NCBI GenBank assembly: GCA_050116835.1
Contig: JASFNW010000002.1
Span: forward strand, 6,004-70,003
Length of the DNA: 64,000 bases
DNA from: Desulfobacterales bacterium
GTDB taxonomy: Bacteria > Desulfobacterota > Desulfobacteria > Desulfobacterales > JAHEIW01
Reading direction: 5' to 3'
The position numbers and the translations under genes are program-made. Below are positions 45,219 through 56,979 of the stretch, in pieces. The number at the start of each line of letters is the position of its first letter. Position 1 is the first letter of the stretch. The notes under the pieces are model-generated. The model did no database searches, was not told the DNA's origin, and saw nothing but the letters and a program-made list of their open reading frames with translations.

Positions 45219-47122
45219 TTATCAGAACAATGATGAATAAATCCGTAATCAGAGAATTGCAAGCGATCGGCCAGCTGTCGGCCATCGACGTTCACTTTGC
45301 CAGATTCATCAGCGGATACGCAACTGATGGAAATGCGGATCTATTTTTAGCCGCCGGCCTGGTTAGCCATGCGGTCGGCCAGGGCGATATTTGTCTGGAT
45401 ATAGCAGCAGTTGCCGGAACATCATTGATGGACAGACAGGATGAGCGCTTGGCGGTTGCCTGTCCGCAATTGGAGGACTGGCTCACAAGCTTGAAAGCAA
45501 GTCCGGCCGTGGGCAAACCCGGTGACATCCGCCCTTTGATCCTGGATGCCCATCATCGCCTCTATCTTTACCGTTACTGGGCGTACGAACAGACCATAGC
45601 CCATTCAATTAAAAGCAGAATTGAAGCGCCGACGTCCGATCTGGATCTTCAGCAGCTTAAAAAAACACTGGATCGATTATTCCCGAAAACCAAACCGCCG
45701 GAGGTGGACTGGCAGAAAATAGCGGCAGCCGTAGCCTGTTTAAAGTATTTTTGCGTAATCACTGGCGGGCCCGGAACCGGTAAAACCTTTACCATCACCA
45801 AAGTACTGGCATTGCTGCTTGAATTGTTGGCCGATCAACGGCCACAAATATATCTGGCCGCCCCCACGGGCAAAGCTGCGGCCCGTTTGCAGGAGGCCCT
45901 GGAACAGGTGCGGCATGCTATCAATTGCGCTGATCGTGTTAAGCGCACATTCCCATCCGAAGTATACACCATTCACCGGATGCTCAAGCCCATCAAGGAC
46001 ACCCCCTATTTTCATCATAACGCAGACAACCCCCTATTGGCTGATGTGGTTGTTGTGGACGAAGCATCCATGGTTGATCTGGCTTTGATGGCCAAATTGC
46101 TGGATGCCTTACCTCAAAAAGCGCGGTTAATTATCGTCGGTGACAAGGATCAACTGGCCTCGGTCGAGGCAGGATCGGTACTGGGAGATATCTGTGGCCG
46201 TCGTGTTCTGCAAAGCTTTTCGAGTCGGTTCAACGAGCAGATTCGGGACATAACCGGCGAAGACATTGATGCCGGCGTGCCATCGGCCGAAGGGGTTTCT
46301 AACCTGCAAGATGCAATTGTGGTATTACCCAAAAGCTATCGTTTTGCATCTGAAAGCGGTATCGGTGCCCTGAGCCGGGCGGTGAATCGCGGCGATGATG
46401 ATGCAGCCCTGAACATCCTCGCTGACACCACTGAAACATCTATCTCCTGGCAACCGCTCAAAACCATGGCCGACCTGACGGAAACCCTGTCCGCGCAAAT
46501 TGTCAGCGCCTGCCAACCTTATCTGAGCGCCCGCGATCCGGCTGAAGCGTTAAAACGTTTGGAACAGTACAAAATTTTATGTGCGCTTAACATCGGACCG
46601 CTGGGCGTGCAGGCTGTCAATCGGCTGGCCCGGCAGGTGCTAAGCCGCCATAATCTGATCCGACCGGATCCTGTTTCTGGAAATCCCTGGTATGCCGGAC
46701 GACCGGTATTGATTACCCGTAATCATTACCCGCTGGGATTGTTCAATGGCGATATCGGCATTACGCTCGCGCCTGCCGGCTCCCGGAACAGAGAACTGGT
46801 GGTCTATTTTCGCACCAACGACGGTAGCGTTCGCCGGTTCCTGCCCCAGCAACTGCCTGAACATGAGACCGTGTATGCCATGACGGTTCACAAGAGTCAG
46901 GGGTCCGAATTTGAAGAAGTGTTATTGATCCTGCCGAACAAAGATGTCGCTTTTCTAACCCGTGAACTGGTCTACACAGCGCTGACCCGGGCTCGGAGAA
47001 AACTCACCATCTGGAGTGCACCTGAGGTTCTGCGCGGCGCGCTGTCCCGCAAAATCCAACGAACCTCGGGGTTGCGGGATGCGCTCTGGAGTTTCTGGAA
47101 ACAGAAGTCAGAGGACGGATGA
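45215..47122 (+). CDS. recD: exodeoxyribonuclease V alpha subunit
   Basis: 635 aa. The ATGA overlaps the recB stop. Motifs: ITGGPGTGKTFT, VVVDEASMVD, TVHKSQGSEF, YTALTRAR. Confidence 0.9.
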   Translation: MIIRTMMNKSVIRELQAIGQLSAIDVHFARFISGYATDGNADLFLAAGLVSHAVGQGDICLDIAAVAGTSLMDRQDERLAVACPQLEDWLTSLKASPAVGKPGDIRPLILDAHHRLYLYRYWAYEQTIAHSIKSRIEAPTSDLDLQQLKKTLDRLFPKTKPPEVDWQKIAAAVACLKYFCVITGGPGTGKTFTITKVLALLLELLADQRPQIYLAAPTGKAAARLQEALEQVRHAINCADRVKRTFPSEVYTIHRMLKPIKDTPYFHHNADNPLLADVVVVDEASMVDLALMAKLLDALPQKARLIIVGDKDQLASVEAGSVLGDICGRRVLQSFSSRFNEQIRDITGEDIDAGVPSAEGVSNLQDAIVVLPKSYRFASESGIGALSRAVNRGDDDAALNILADTTETSISWQPLKTMADLTETLSAQIVSACQPYLSARDPAEALKRLEQYKILCALNIGPLGVQAVNRLARQVLSRHNLIRPDPVSGNPWYAGRPVLITRNHYPLGLFNGDIGITLAPAGSRNRELVVYFRTNDGSVRRFLPQQLPEHETVYAMTVHKSQGSEFEEVLLILPNKDVAFLTRELVYTALTRARRKLTIWSAPEVLRGALSRKIQRTSGLRDALWSFWKQKSEDG

Positions 47123-47433
47123 CAGGAGAAAACAATTTGCATATAATGTGAGCCTTCCAAAGACAATCGGGTCTTTGCGGAGCGTCCCCGATATGAATAC
47201 ATAATGATTACAGATGGCGGATGGTTTGGATTTTCGCTATTAGATTGATCGCCTTTATCAATATTGTCTTCCAACCGCTTGAATAACTGCTATTAAAAAC
47301 GCCTATCGCAAGGTCTGATTTTGTGCAGATTTCTTCATATCAACACTTTTAAGGATCTCTGAAAATTGGTGATATTCAAATATCCATCAACGTATAGGCG
47401 TGCCAGCCGATTCTGGCATCTCATATCCCTCCT

Positions 47434-47468
47434 CTGACCTCTGTTTTCTGATTTCTGTCTTCTGGCTT
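47434..47468 (+). repeat. CTG-phased heptad tract (5 units)
   Basis: CTGACCT CTGTTTT CTGATTT CTGTCTT CTGGCTT. It is preceded by the palindrome TGCCAG-ccgatt-CTGGCA (47401-47418). Confidence 0.85.
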
Positions 47469-47649
47469 ACGATCGGCGGGTGCAGGATACGGATTCTGCC
47501 AGAGCTATTTGAATATCATTCAGCAGACGGCAGGATTGCATACATTCAGGAAAAAGCGGCCTGTAAGGGCAATTCAGACAGGGGCTCTTGATGAGCGTGC
47601 CGATATCAAAATCGAATTGATAGTTCGGTTTTTTGGCAACTGGATTCAT
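47467..47649 (-). CDS. small Cys-containing hypothetical protein (60 aa)
   Basis: MNPVAKKPNYQFDFDIGTLIKSPCLNCPYRPLFPECMQSCRLL.... It lies downstream of the acyl-CoA synthetase gene on the same strand. The RBS is weak, so coding status is uncertain. Confidence 0.25.
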   Translation of the reverse strand: MNPVAKKPNYQFDFDIGTLIKSPCLNCPYRPLFPECMQSCRLLNDIQIALAESVSCTRRS

Positions 47650-47847
47650 TTCTTGATCGTTGGCAAAGTTGATATACAAAAGCAGCGCTTGCAATGAAAA
47701 CACAAAAGAAGCGGCACCATAGCACAAGCCCGACAGGTATTCAAGCCAAATTATAATATAAATGTTTTATTTTATATAGTATATAAGTATCATTCATTAT
47801 ACAATAATCTTTGAATTTTTTTCTTCGCGTAGGGTATAATTTATTCT

Positions 47848-50037
47848 TTATTCCTTTTGGCTTAAAAAATTTTGATACTGCACCATTTTGGCAAAGGCAC
47901 CTACCGCGCGTTCCGGTGTGGGGAAAAAGACGCCCTTAAATGTACGGTTCTGATGGGGATAAACCGTTTGGTGTTTTTCATCCGGCAGCATACTGACGCC
48001 GAAAACAGGCTTATGACAGGTTTCCATTAGGTCGATGATCTGGGCAATGTAATCCGTTTCAAATTTTTTAAATTCTGCATGAATTTTGTGGATAAAATCA
48101 GCTGAGTAAGTGGGATCGGCCTTTAATACCGCCGCCCCGTGGCTTTTGAGCACCAGCCGGCGTCCGACAATTCCCAGGTTAATCACAGCATCACAGCCGT
48201 CCCATTTCAACAGCAATTCAAGCACCGCCTTGGGGATACCGGGATCGCGCTCTCCCACCAGATCAATGGGATTGGACCGGCTCCAGTAGGGCGGCAGAAT
48301 CTGATCAATGGCGTCAATAATACCCGCTGAAAGCTCGATCACATCGAGACCAAAACGAGCGCACAGATCGGCGGTTACCACACCCCAGCCGCCTCCCAGG
48401 GTCATGATGGCAGCCCGATTACCTTTGGGCAGCGGCAGCGAAGAAAAAGCCGCTCCCAGATCGAGTAACTCCATGGGATTGTCGACCTTAACGATACCGG
48501 CCTGGCGGCAGACGGCATCAAATACCCGCCGGTCGGTGGTCAGGGCGCCGGTATGGCTGGCAGCAGCGCGCTTGCCGGCCTGACTTTCGCCACCCTTGAG
48601 GAGCACGATCGGTTTTTTACGGCCCACCCGCCGCGCGCCTTCGAAAAACCGGCGTCCGTTTTTAACGCTCTCCACATATAAGATCGCCGTACGGGTTAGG
48701 GTGTCGACTTCCAGCCCATCCAGGTAATCTTCGATGCACATCATGGCCTCATTACCCGAACCGCAGAAGCCCCGGATACCGATGCCCTGCTGCCCGGCAA
48801 AGGCCAACAGTTGCACCCCCATATTGCCGGATTGCGACACCATGGTGGTCGAGCCGGCTCTGGGTTTGGCCGGAAACCCGGTGCAGTAGAAATTGATATG
48901 CGGGTTGCAAATACCCATGGTGTTGGGGCCCAGGATTAAAATGCCGGCTTTACGGGCAGCCTTTACGAGTCTGGCTTCCATTTTTTTGCCTTTTTCGCCG
49001 GTTTCGCCAAAGCCCGAGGTAATCAACAACATATTCTTGATGCCTTTTTCCTCCAGTTGGGGAATGAGGTTCAGCACTCCGTCGGCTGGAATGGTCACCA
49101 CCGCCAGATCAACCGGATCCGCTATATCACAGACGCTCGGGTAAGTTTTGCGGCCGGCAATAACGTCTGTTTTGGGATTGACCAGGAAAACGTTGCCTTC
49201 GTATCCGCCACTGATGGTGTTGGCCATTAACATATGGCCCCATTTGCCCATCTGGGCCGAGGCCCCGATAAATGCGATGGATTTGGGATAAAAGATGGCA
49301 CCAATGGCGTCCGGTGAAACAGGTGGTGGTGATGGCCGCTGTTCGTCAGTCTTGCGCCCGGTGACCATCAGCGCGTCCACGGCCCAGAGCCTGCCATCTG
49401 AGGATGCCAGCAGGGGATTGATATCGATCTCGGAAATTTGGGGAAGCGTCTCCGCGATACGCGACAGTCCCTTAAGGGTTTGAATGAGTTGCCGGCGATC
49501 GACCGCTTCCTCGCCACGATAGGGCCCCAGTAAAGTTCTGGCTCGTATTTCGGTCAACATTTCAGCTGCATCGCTTTCGGTGATCGGTGCCAGACGGAAG
49601 GTCACATCTGCCAGCGCCTCGGTGAACACACCGCCAATACCAAACATCACGACCGCTCCAAACTGAGGATCATGAAACAAACCGGCCACCAGCTCTCTTT
49701 TGCCTTGAATTTGCGGCTGAACGACAAAACCTTCCAGATCATCACCGCCCGATTTTTTCATGGTATAAACTGCTTTTTCAACCGCCTGCCGATCCGGCAG
49801 ATTCAACTGCACCAATCCGCTTTCGGTTTTATGCATCAAGGTGCGGCTAAGACCCTTGACGACCACCGGATAGCCAAATGCTTCGGCCGCGCGGACAGCC
49901 TGCACCGCATCTTCGGCAATTGCCTCGGAAACTACCGGAACGTCAAAGGCCTTAAGCAGCGTTTTCGCTTCGGCTTCGTTGATGCCCTTTTGGGTGCCCT
50001 TTTGAATGGCCGCCATCAATTGTTTTACATCCATCAT
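47848..50037 (-). CDS. ADP-forming acetyl/acyl-CoA synthetase, fused ATP-grasp + CoA-binding/ligase domains
   Basis: 729 aa. The N-terminal ATP-grasp part is EAEAKTLLKAFDVPVV...VVVKG. A CoA-binding Rossmann follows (PKSIAFIGAS), then succinyl-CoA-synthetase-like domains (SQSGNMG). Confidence 0.85.
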   Translation of the reverse strand: MMDVKQLMAAIQKGTQKGINEAEAKTLLKAFDVPVVSEAIAEDAVQAVRAAEAFGYPVVVKGLSRTLMHKTESGLVQLNLPDRQAVEKAVYTMKKSGGDDLEGFVVQPQIQGKRELVAGLFHDPQFGAVVMFGIGGVFTEALADVTFRLAPITESDAAEMLTEIRARTLLGPYRGEEAVDRRQLIQTLKGLSRIAETLPQISEIDINPLLASSDGRLWAVDALMVTGRKTDEQRPSPPPVSPDAIGAIFYPKSIAFIGASAQMGKWGHMLMANTISGGYEGNVFLVNPKTDVIAGRKTYPSVCDIADPVDLAVVTIPADGVLNLIPQLEEKGIKNMLLITSGFGETGEKGKKMEARLVKAARKAGILILGPNTMGICNPHINFYCTGFPAKPRAGSTTMVSQSGNMGVQLLAFAGQQGIGIRGFCGSGNEAMMCIEDYLDGLEVDTLTRTAILYVESVKNGRRFFEGARRVGRKKPIVLLKGGESQAGKRAAASHTGALTTDRRVFDAVCRQAGIVKVDNPMELLDLGAAFSSLPLPKGNRAAIMTLGGGWGVVTADLCARFGLDVIELSAGIIDAIDQILPPYWSRSNPIDLVGERDPGIPKAVLELLLKWDGCDAVINLGIVGRRLVLKSHGAAVLKADPTYSADFIHKIHAEFKKFETDYIAQIIDLMETCHKPVFGVSMLPDEKHQTVYPHQNRTFKGVFFPTPERAVGAFAKMVQYQNFLSQKE

Positions 50038-50267
50038 CGATCTCCACAGATTACGCCCAACAACCCACAGGGATTTGAACCTTGTCAGATGTCATTGGGA
50101 ATAGAATTTGAAACCAGCGTGCCAATGGATAACCTGGCCAAACCCGTGCGGTCAAGTACAATAAAAAAATAAATCCGGTTTCTTTACAATCTACTTTATG
50201 ATATTGAATATGCTGTTAAAATAAAGTTATTGTTGATTATTTGACTATTTCGCGGAAGGAAGATGCG

Positions 50268-50735
50268 ATGCGGATCGGAATGGGCTACGATGTCCACCGC
50301 CTGGTAAAAGGACGCTCCCTTATTCTTGGCGGGGTATCCATTGTATTTGAAAAGGGATTGCTGGGCCATTCAGACGCCGATGTGCTGACGCATGCCGTCT
50401 GTGATGCATTGCTTGGTGCCGCCGGTTTGGGCGATATCGGAACCCATTTTCCAGACAGCGACCCGCAATTCAAAGATATCTCCAGCCTGACACTGCTGTC
50501 CGAAACTCACCGGATGTTGACCGATAAAGGATTTCAGATTGTCAACCTGGATGCCACCGTGTTTGCCGAGGCACCCAAACTAGCACCCCTTCGGCAGAAA
50601 ATGCAAACCCAACTGGCGCATGCAATGAGGATAAATCCAGGTCAAATTAACATCAAAGCAACCACCACCGAAGGCTTGGGGGTGATTGGGAAAGGGCAGG
50701 GCATGGCTGCATTGTGTATTGCCCTGATTGATTAA
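50268..50735 (+). CDS. ispF: 2-C-methyl-D-erythritol 2,4-cyclodiphosphate synthase
   Basis: I start it at MRIGMGYDVHRL (ATG 50268), which has GGAAGGA upstream. Motifs: GHSDADVLTHA, GDIGTHFPD. Confidence 0.95.
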   Translation: MRIGMGYDVHRLVKGRSLILGGVSIVFEKGLLGHSDADVLTHAVCDALLGAAGLGDIGTHFPDSDPQFKDISSLTLLSETHRMLTDKGFQIVNLDATVFAEAPKLAPLRQKMQTQLAHAMRINPGQINIKATTTEGLGVIGKGQGMAALCIALID

Positions 50736-50829
50736 ACCACCAGACTGATTAGGTTACTGTTGTTCACTTTGCTCACAACCGGTCTAGAACCTGCAGGTCG
50801 AGCGATTGGTTTGAAATCCACTTCTGGCT

Positions 50830-52824
50830 ATGACTGCATTCAAACTTGTTTCAGATTTTGAGCCGACCGGCGATCAGCCAGAGGCGATTGAAGCGCTCAG
50901 CCGACAGATTGAAGACGGTCGGCGTCACAATGTCATGTTGGGGGTAACGGGTTCGGGCAAAACGTTTACGATGGCCCACGTCATTGCCCGGGTCAACAGG
51001 CCCGCACTTGTACTGGCGCCGAACAAAACCCTGGCGGCACAGCTGTACAATGAGTTTAAACAGTTGTTTCCGGAAAACGCGGTCGAATATTTTGTCAGCT
51101 ATTATGATTATTACCAGCCCGAAGCGTATATCCCCTCCACCGATACCTACATTCAAAAAGATTCATCCATCAACGACATGATTGACAAACTGCGTCACTC
51201 CGCCACCCGTTCGGTTTTGTCGCGCAGAGATATCGTGGTGGTGGCCAGTGTGTCCTGTATTTTCGGCCTGGGCGCACCGGAAGATTATCTGGCGATGCGG
51301 GTGGATATTGAAACCGATATGGAATTTTCGCGGGATACACTTTTGTACGATTTAATATCAATGCACTATGAACGCAACGATGTGGATTTTTACCGGGGTG
51401 TTTTCCGGGTACGGGGAGACCGGGTAGAGATCTTTCCGGCCTACGAAGAGGACCGGGCCATCCGCATCGATTTTTTTGGTGACCAGGTTGAACACATTGC
51501 ATTGATAGATGCGCTCAGAGGCAAGGTCCTCAAGCGCTTAAAGCGGGTTACCATTTTTCCGGCCAGCCATTACGTCACATCCCGGGTTACCCGCAAAAAA
51601 GCTGTCGATACCATATTGCACGAGCTCAAGGACCGCATCGAATATTTCAGAAGTGAAAACAAATTCATTGAAGCGCAGCGTATCGAAGAACGCACGCGGT
51701 TTGACCTGGAAATGATGCAGGAACTGGGCTACTGTCACGGAATTGAGAATTATTCCCGGCATCTGACCGGGCGGAAGCCCGGCGCCCCCCCGCCGACCTT
51801 ACTCAGTTATTTTCCGAATGATTACCTGCTGTTCGTCGACGAAAGCCACATCGCCATTCCCCAGTTGCGCGGTATGTATCGCGGCGATCGCTCTCGTAAA
51901 GAAACCCTGGTCGAGTATGGCTTTCGTCTGCCGTCCGCTTTGGACAACCGTCCGCTGAAATTTGAAGAATCCAGGGCCCGCATATCCCAGGTGGTATATG
52001 TATCGGCCACGCCGGCTGAATATGAATTGTCGCAAGCGAAAGATGCGGTCGTAGAGCTGATTGTCCGCCCGACCGGTTTGGTCGATCCGGAAGTGACCGT
52101 CCGCAGCGCTCAAAATCAAGTGGATGATCTGTATGAAGAAATTTTGGTCCGCCAAAAGCGTGATGAACGGGTACTGGTCACCACGTTGACCAAACGAATG
52201 GCTGAAGATTTGACCGAATATTACTCGGATTTAGATGTTCGTGTTCGGTATCTGCATTCGGATATCAACACGCTTGAGCGCATGGACATTATACAAGAAC
52301 TGCGAAGCGGAGAATTTGATGTGCTGGTGGGAATTAATCTGCTGCGGGAAGGACTGGACATACCCGAAGTATCGCTGGTGGCGATCCTGGATGCCGACAA
52401 AGAAGGGTTTTTGAGATCAACACGGTCACTGATTCAAACCTTTGGCCGGGCTGCGCGAAATGTCGGCGGAACGGTTCTGTTGTATGCCGATACCGTAACG
52501 CCCTCCATGCGCCGAGCCATGGACGAAACCCGACGGCGCCGAAAAATCCAGGAGGCTTACAATGAGCGACACCAGATAACGCCACAAACCATTCGTAAGC
52601 AAGTCACCCGAATTTTCGACTTCGCTAAAGAAGCCGAGCCGGCTCCCAAATATCAAGTGGCGGAAGATCTCAGCGAATACCAATCCTTGGACGACCTGGA
52701 TGCGCTCATTAACTCGCTGGAAAGCGAGATGCGTGCGGCGGCCCAGGCTCTGGAATTTGAGCAAGCCGCTGCATTGCGCGATCAAATTCAAAAGCTCAAG
52801 AAGCTGATTGTTCTCGAGGCATGA
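50830..52824 (+). CDS. uvrB: excinuclease ABC subunit B
   Basis: 664 aa. Motifs: [24 protein letters not shown], and a C-terminal UVR motif ([11 protein letters not shown]). Confidence 0.97.
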   Translation: MTAFKLVSDFEPTGDQPEAIEALSRQIEDGRRHNVMLGVTGSGKTFTMAHVIARVNRPALVLAPNKTLAAQLYNEFKQLFPENAVEYFVSYYDYYQPEAYIPSTDTYIQKDSSINDMIDKLRHSATRSVLSRRDIVVVASVSCIFGLGAPEDYLAMRVDIETDMEFSRDTLLYDLISMHYERNDVDFYRGVFRVRGDRVEIFPAYEEDRAIRIDFFGDQVEHIALIDALRGKVLKRLKRVTIFPASHYVTSRVTRKKAVDTILHELKDRIEYFRSENKFIEAQRIEERTRFDLEMMQELGYCHGIENYSRHLTGRKPGAPPPTLLSYFPNDYLLFVDESHIAIPQLRGMYRGDRSRKETLVEYGFRLPSALDNRPLKFEESRARISQVVYVSATPAEYELSQAKDAVVELIVRPTGLVDPEVTVRSAQNQVDDLYEEILVRQKRDERVLVTTLTKRMAEDLTEYYSDLDVRVRYLHSDINTLERMDIIQELRSGEFDVLVGINLLREGLDIPEVSLVAILDADKEGFLRSTRSLIQTFGRAARNVGGTVLLYADTVTPSMRRAMDETRRRRKIQEAYNERHQITPQTIRKQVTRIFDFAKEAEPAPKYQVAEDLSEYQSLDDLDALINSLESEMRAAAQALEFEQAAALRDQIQKLKKLIVLEA

Positions 52825-54686
52825 AGAAGTCAGATCAAAATACAAGGCAAACAGCACCAGACCTGACCGATAAACTCGCTCGCGTTACTCATGAGCCCGG
52901 CGTGTATTTGCTGAAAGATGGTGAAGGTAAGATCATCTATATCGGCAAAGCACGAGATCTCAGAAAACGCCTGGCGGCCTATTTTAAGAACAACGGCCAT
53001 ACCGACATGAAGACCGGCGTGCTGGTAAAAAAGATAGTTGATTTTGATACCATCATCACCGGCAACGAGAAAGAGGCCTTGATTCTGGAGTCCAATCTGA
53101 TCAAGCGCCACCGACCGCGCTACAACGTGGTCTTAAAGGACGACAAACGATATCCCTCCTTGCGACTGGACCCGCAGGAAGATTTTCCCAGTTTTACCAT
53201 CGTCCGTAAAATCGGGCAAGACAATGCGAATTACTTCGGGCCGTTTGCTTCTGCCCATGCCGTCCGTGAAACCCTTAAAACCATCAATAAGACGTTTAAA
53301 TTGCGAAAATGTCGTGCCAAAGATTTTAAATCCCGTACGCGGCCCTGTCTTCACTGCCAAATGGAAGGATGCCTGGCCCCCTGTTGCCGGGATGTCGATC
53401 CCCAGGTCTATCGGGAACAGGTCAATGAAGCCATCATGTTTCTAAATGGCCGCACCCGGGATTTGATCGCCAAAATAAAACAGCAAATGAACATGGCCGC
53501 CCGGGCCCAAGAATTTGAAAAAGCCGCCCGCCTCAGGGATAAGATGTTTTCACTTCAAAAAACGATTGAAAAACAGATCGCCGTGACCACCGATTTTCAG
53601 GACCGCGATGTGTTTGCTATTGTTCGCTCCAACGGTTGTGCCCTGGTTATGGTGTTCAACGTTGTTGGGGGCTTTCTGAAAGGGACGCGGCATTTCAGCT
53701 TTGAAGAAACCATCTCAACCGACGAAGAAGCCCTGGGCACGATTATCCGCCAATATTACGAGAAACCGGTCACGTTGCCCAAAGAGGTTCTGGTATCGGT
53801 TGAAATGCCGGACGCACGGCTGATGGAAGACTGGTTCAAAGCGGTAAAGGGCCAAAGCGTAAAAATCCTGACCCCCAAAAGAGGCGAAAAAGCCAAATTG
53901 CTGACCCTGGCCCAGCGCAATGCTAAAAACGAGCTCAAGGGGCTACTAGCCGCCCGCAGTGCTGAAATGGACTTGCTGCTGCGCCTTCAAAAAAAGCTTA
54001 AACTGTCGCGCCTGCCCGAACGCATCGAATGCTTCGACAACTCCAATATCGGCGCTGCACAGGCGGTCGCCAGTATGGTGGTTTTTGAAAAAAGCAAGCC
54101 CAAAAAATCGGCCTACCGCAAGTTTAAGATCAAAGCTGTTAATATACAGGACGATTATGCCTACATGAAAGACGTCTTGAGCCGGCGATTGGAAAAATTA
54201 AAGACGCAGCCCGAATCCGAGTCCTGTCCGGATCTGCTCATGGTTGATGGCGGCCGGGGTCAGCTCGGCATAGCCCTGGCGGTCGTTCGTGAGCTGGCCT
54301 TGGAAGATCATTTTGATTTGATTGCCATCGCGAAAAAGGACAAAAAAAAAGGGCAGACCCAGGATAAAATATTTAAACCCCACCGTACCAATCCCGTCGC
54401 TTTCGGCAAGGATGCGGATTTACTTTTTTTCTTGCAACGCATCCGAGACGAAGCGCATCGTTTCGCAATTTCCTTTCACCGCAAACGCAGAAGCAAAGTT
54501 GCTTTGCAATCAGAGCTGGATAGGATCCCAGGCGTCGGTAAAACCAGAAAGGCAATTTTGCTGAAGCACTTTAAAAGCATAAAAAGCATCCGGGAAGCCA
54601 GCATCGAGCAACTCAATGCGCTTCCCGGAATTCCGTTTGCAACCGCCAAGGCGATCCAAACTTATTTTAATCCCGAATCCCAGTAG
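52821..54686 (+). CDS. uvrC: excinuclease ABC subunit C
   Basis: 621 aa. The ATGA overlaps the uvrB stop. The GIY-YIG motif is GVYLLKD...IIYIGKA. A UVR motif ([10 protein letters not shown]) and a C-terminal HhH ([13 protein letters not shown]) are present. Confidence 0.95.
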   Translation: MKKSDQNTRQTAPDLTDKLARVTHEPGVYLLKDGEGKIIYIGKARDLRKRLAAYFKNNGHTDMKTGVLVKKIVDFDTIITGNEKEALILESNLIKRHRPRYNVVLKDDKRYPSLRLDPQEDFPSFTIVRKIGQDNANYFGPFASAHAVRETLKTINKTFKLRKCRAKDFKSRTRPCLHCQMEGCLAPCCRDVDPQVYREQVNEAIMFLNGRTRDLIAKIKQQMNMAARAQEFEKAARLRDKMFSLQKTIEKQIAVTTDFQDRDVFAIVRSNGCALVMVFNVVGGFLKGTRHFSFEETISTDEEALGTIIRQYYEKPVTLPKEVLVSVEMPDARLMEDWFKAVKGQSVKILTPKRGEKAKLLTLAQRNAKNELKGLLAARSAEMDLLLRLQKKLKLSRLPERIECFDNSNIGAAQAVASMVVFEKSKPKKSAYRKFKIKAVNIQDDYAYMKDVLSRRLEKLKTQPESESCPDLLMVDGGRGQLGIALAVVRELALEDHFDLIAIAKKDKKKGQTQDKIFKPHRTNPVAFGKDADLLFFLQRIRDEAHRFAISFHRKRRSKVALQSELDRIPGVGKTRKAILLKHFKSIKSIREASIEQLNALPGIPFATAKAIQTYFNPESQ

Positions 54687-54725
54687 ATCAAAGCTCCGAA
54701 TCTGATTATTCAGCGCTTCGCATAT

Positions 54726-54767
54726 CGGCTTCTCGCTTCTTGCGGCTGGCAACCGGCGCCTGGCTGC
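54726..54767 (+). repeat. GGC-phased heptad tract downstream of uvrC (6 units)
   Basis: CGGCTTC TCGCTTC TTGCGGC TGGCAAC CGGCGCC TGGCTGC. The last units form the stem of the terminator. Confidence 0.7.
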
Positions 54768-54778
54768 CGGTTTTTTTT
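54748..54778 (+). terminator. rho-independent terminator of uvrBC
   Basis: GGCAACC-ggcgcct-GGCTGCC (alternatively CCGGC/GCCGG), followed by TTTTTTTT (54771-54778). Confidence 0.6.
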
Positions 54779-54797
54779 GCAACTGCTTCTCAATTTC

Positions 54798-54825
54798 CTG
54801 CCAAAAGCCAGAGACCAGCGGCCAG
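54798..54825 (-). repeat. TGGC heptad tract downstream of mdh (4 units, minus-strand sense)
   Basis: The minus strand reads CTGGCCG CTGGTCT CTGGCTT TTGGCAG. Confidence 0.85.
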
Positions 54826-54878
54826 AGGCCCTATTGGGTAAAACCTCTGAACTCTTGAGTCTTTGAAACCTGAACCGG

Positions 54879-55886
<1,008 letters not shown>

Positions 55887-56169
55887 TCAAAATCGTACGA
55901 TGTTGCCCTAATCATCCGTGGATTGTCAACAGGTTTATCGGTTTACAAATGTTGACAGAAAGCACATAAATAAGATAAATTATTACTACTTTCAGCAATT
56001 TTTGTTTTTTTGGATTGACAAAACAGCTGCTGATAGGTGAAGCCTAAAATGTCGGTACCACCCGAATTCTTTTCGGAGACGGGCAGTGGCTAAATATTCT
56101 ATTTCTAAAGGAAATGTGATTTTGATCCGATAGTCGTATTGGAGACCTCGACAGTTAAAGAAAGACCTT

Positions 56170-56775
56170 ATGGCAGTTGTTAATCTAAAAAAAAGACAAA
56201 TCGAATGCAAAGTCGTTTATTATGGACCGGGACGATGTGGCAAGACCACGAATCTGGAATATATCCATAAGAGTTTTAAAAAGCAAGTTATGGGAGAAAT
56301 GGTCTCCATTAACACGGATGGAGACCGTACACTTTTCTTTGATTTTCTACCGTTAAACCTGGGCAAAGTGAGAGGGTGTGACCTGCGTGTTCAATTGTAC
56401 ACCGTTCCTGGACAGGTCCGGTACAGCTCCACGCGCAAACTGGTGCTCAGGGGTGCTGATGGAATTATCTTTGTCGCCGATTCCCTTGAAGTCCGGCGTG
56501 AAAAAAACATGTTGTCGTTGAAAGATCTGCAACAAAATTTGAAAGATTACGGCCTCAACATATTTAAAGTGCCGCTGGTGATGCAGTTTAACAAAAGAGA
56601 TCTGACCGGTGAAAATATTTCCATCATGCCATTAGAAAAAATGCAGCACGATTTAAATCGTCAACTGAAGGTTCCCTCTTTTCCGGGCAGCGCCTTGAAA
56701 GGAGAGGGCGTCGGCAAAACACTGCATGCGTGTATGAAATTGGTCATGCAATCAGTCCAAAACGAGCTCAGTTAG
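56170..56775 (+). CDS. mglA: MglA-type Ras-like small GTPase
   Basis: 201 aa. KVVYYGPGRCGKTTNLEYI, DRTLFFDFLPL and LYTVPGQVRY carry the MglA-specific Thr in place of the DxxGQ Asp. Also NKRDL. Confidence 0.85.
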   Translation: MAVVNLKKRQIECKVVYYGPGRCGKTTNLEYIHKSFKKQVMGEMVSINTDGDRTLFFDFLPLNLGKVRGCDLRVQLYTVPGQVRYSSTRKLVLRGADGIIFVADSLEVRREKNMLSLKDLQQNLKDYGLNIFKVPLVMQFNKRDLTGENISIMPLEKMQHDLNRQLKVPSFPGSALKGEGVGKTLHACMKLVMQSVQNELS

Positions 56776-56834
56776 CCCTTCATTCACCATTGTATTTATG
56801 ATTAAATAGGTATTGCATTATTTAATTAGCTGAT

Positions 56835-56859
56835 AAAACACGAAAATATTTCGTGTTTT
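56835..56859 (+). terminator. perfect AU-rich hairpin between mglA-like and DUF4388 genes (possible terminator/attenuator)
   Basis: AAAACACGAAA-ata-TTTCGTGTTTT forms a perfect 11-bp stem. Confidence 0.4.
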
Positions 56860-56979
56860 CACATTTTGGCACCCGGATATATTATTTAATTTTTAATACC
56901 GGGCGTTTTTGTGGTACAATTCAGCTAATGGAGGACATCCGCGCCCTCTGTCCTGTTTGATAATTGAACGCTCTCGAAT

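Noticed and set aside
50061-50085. A GGTTCAAATCC-like T-loop motif on the minus strand in the acyl-CoA synthetase leader.
   Set aside because: The T-stem has a mismatch and no complementary acceptor stem (GGGTTGT partner) occurs within 80 nt. It is not a tRNA.
56866-56882. TTGGCACCCGGATATAT upstream of the DUF4388 gene, considered as a sigma-54 promoter.
   Set aside because: The -24 TGGCAC is good, but the -12 position has TATA instead of the required GC (TTGC). It is not a credible sigma-54 site.
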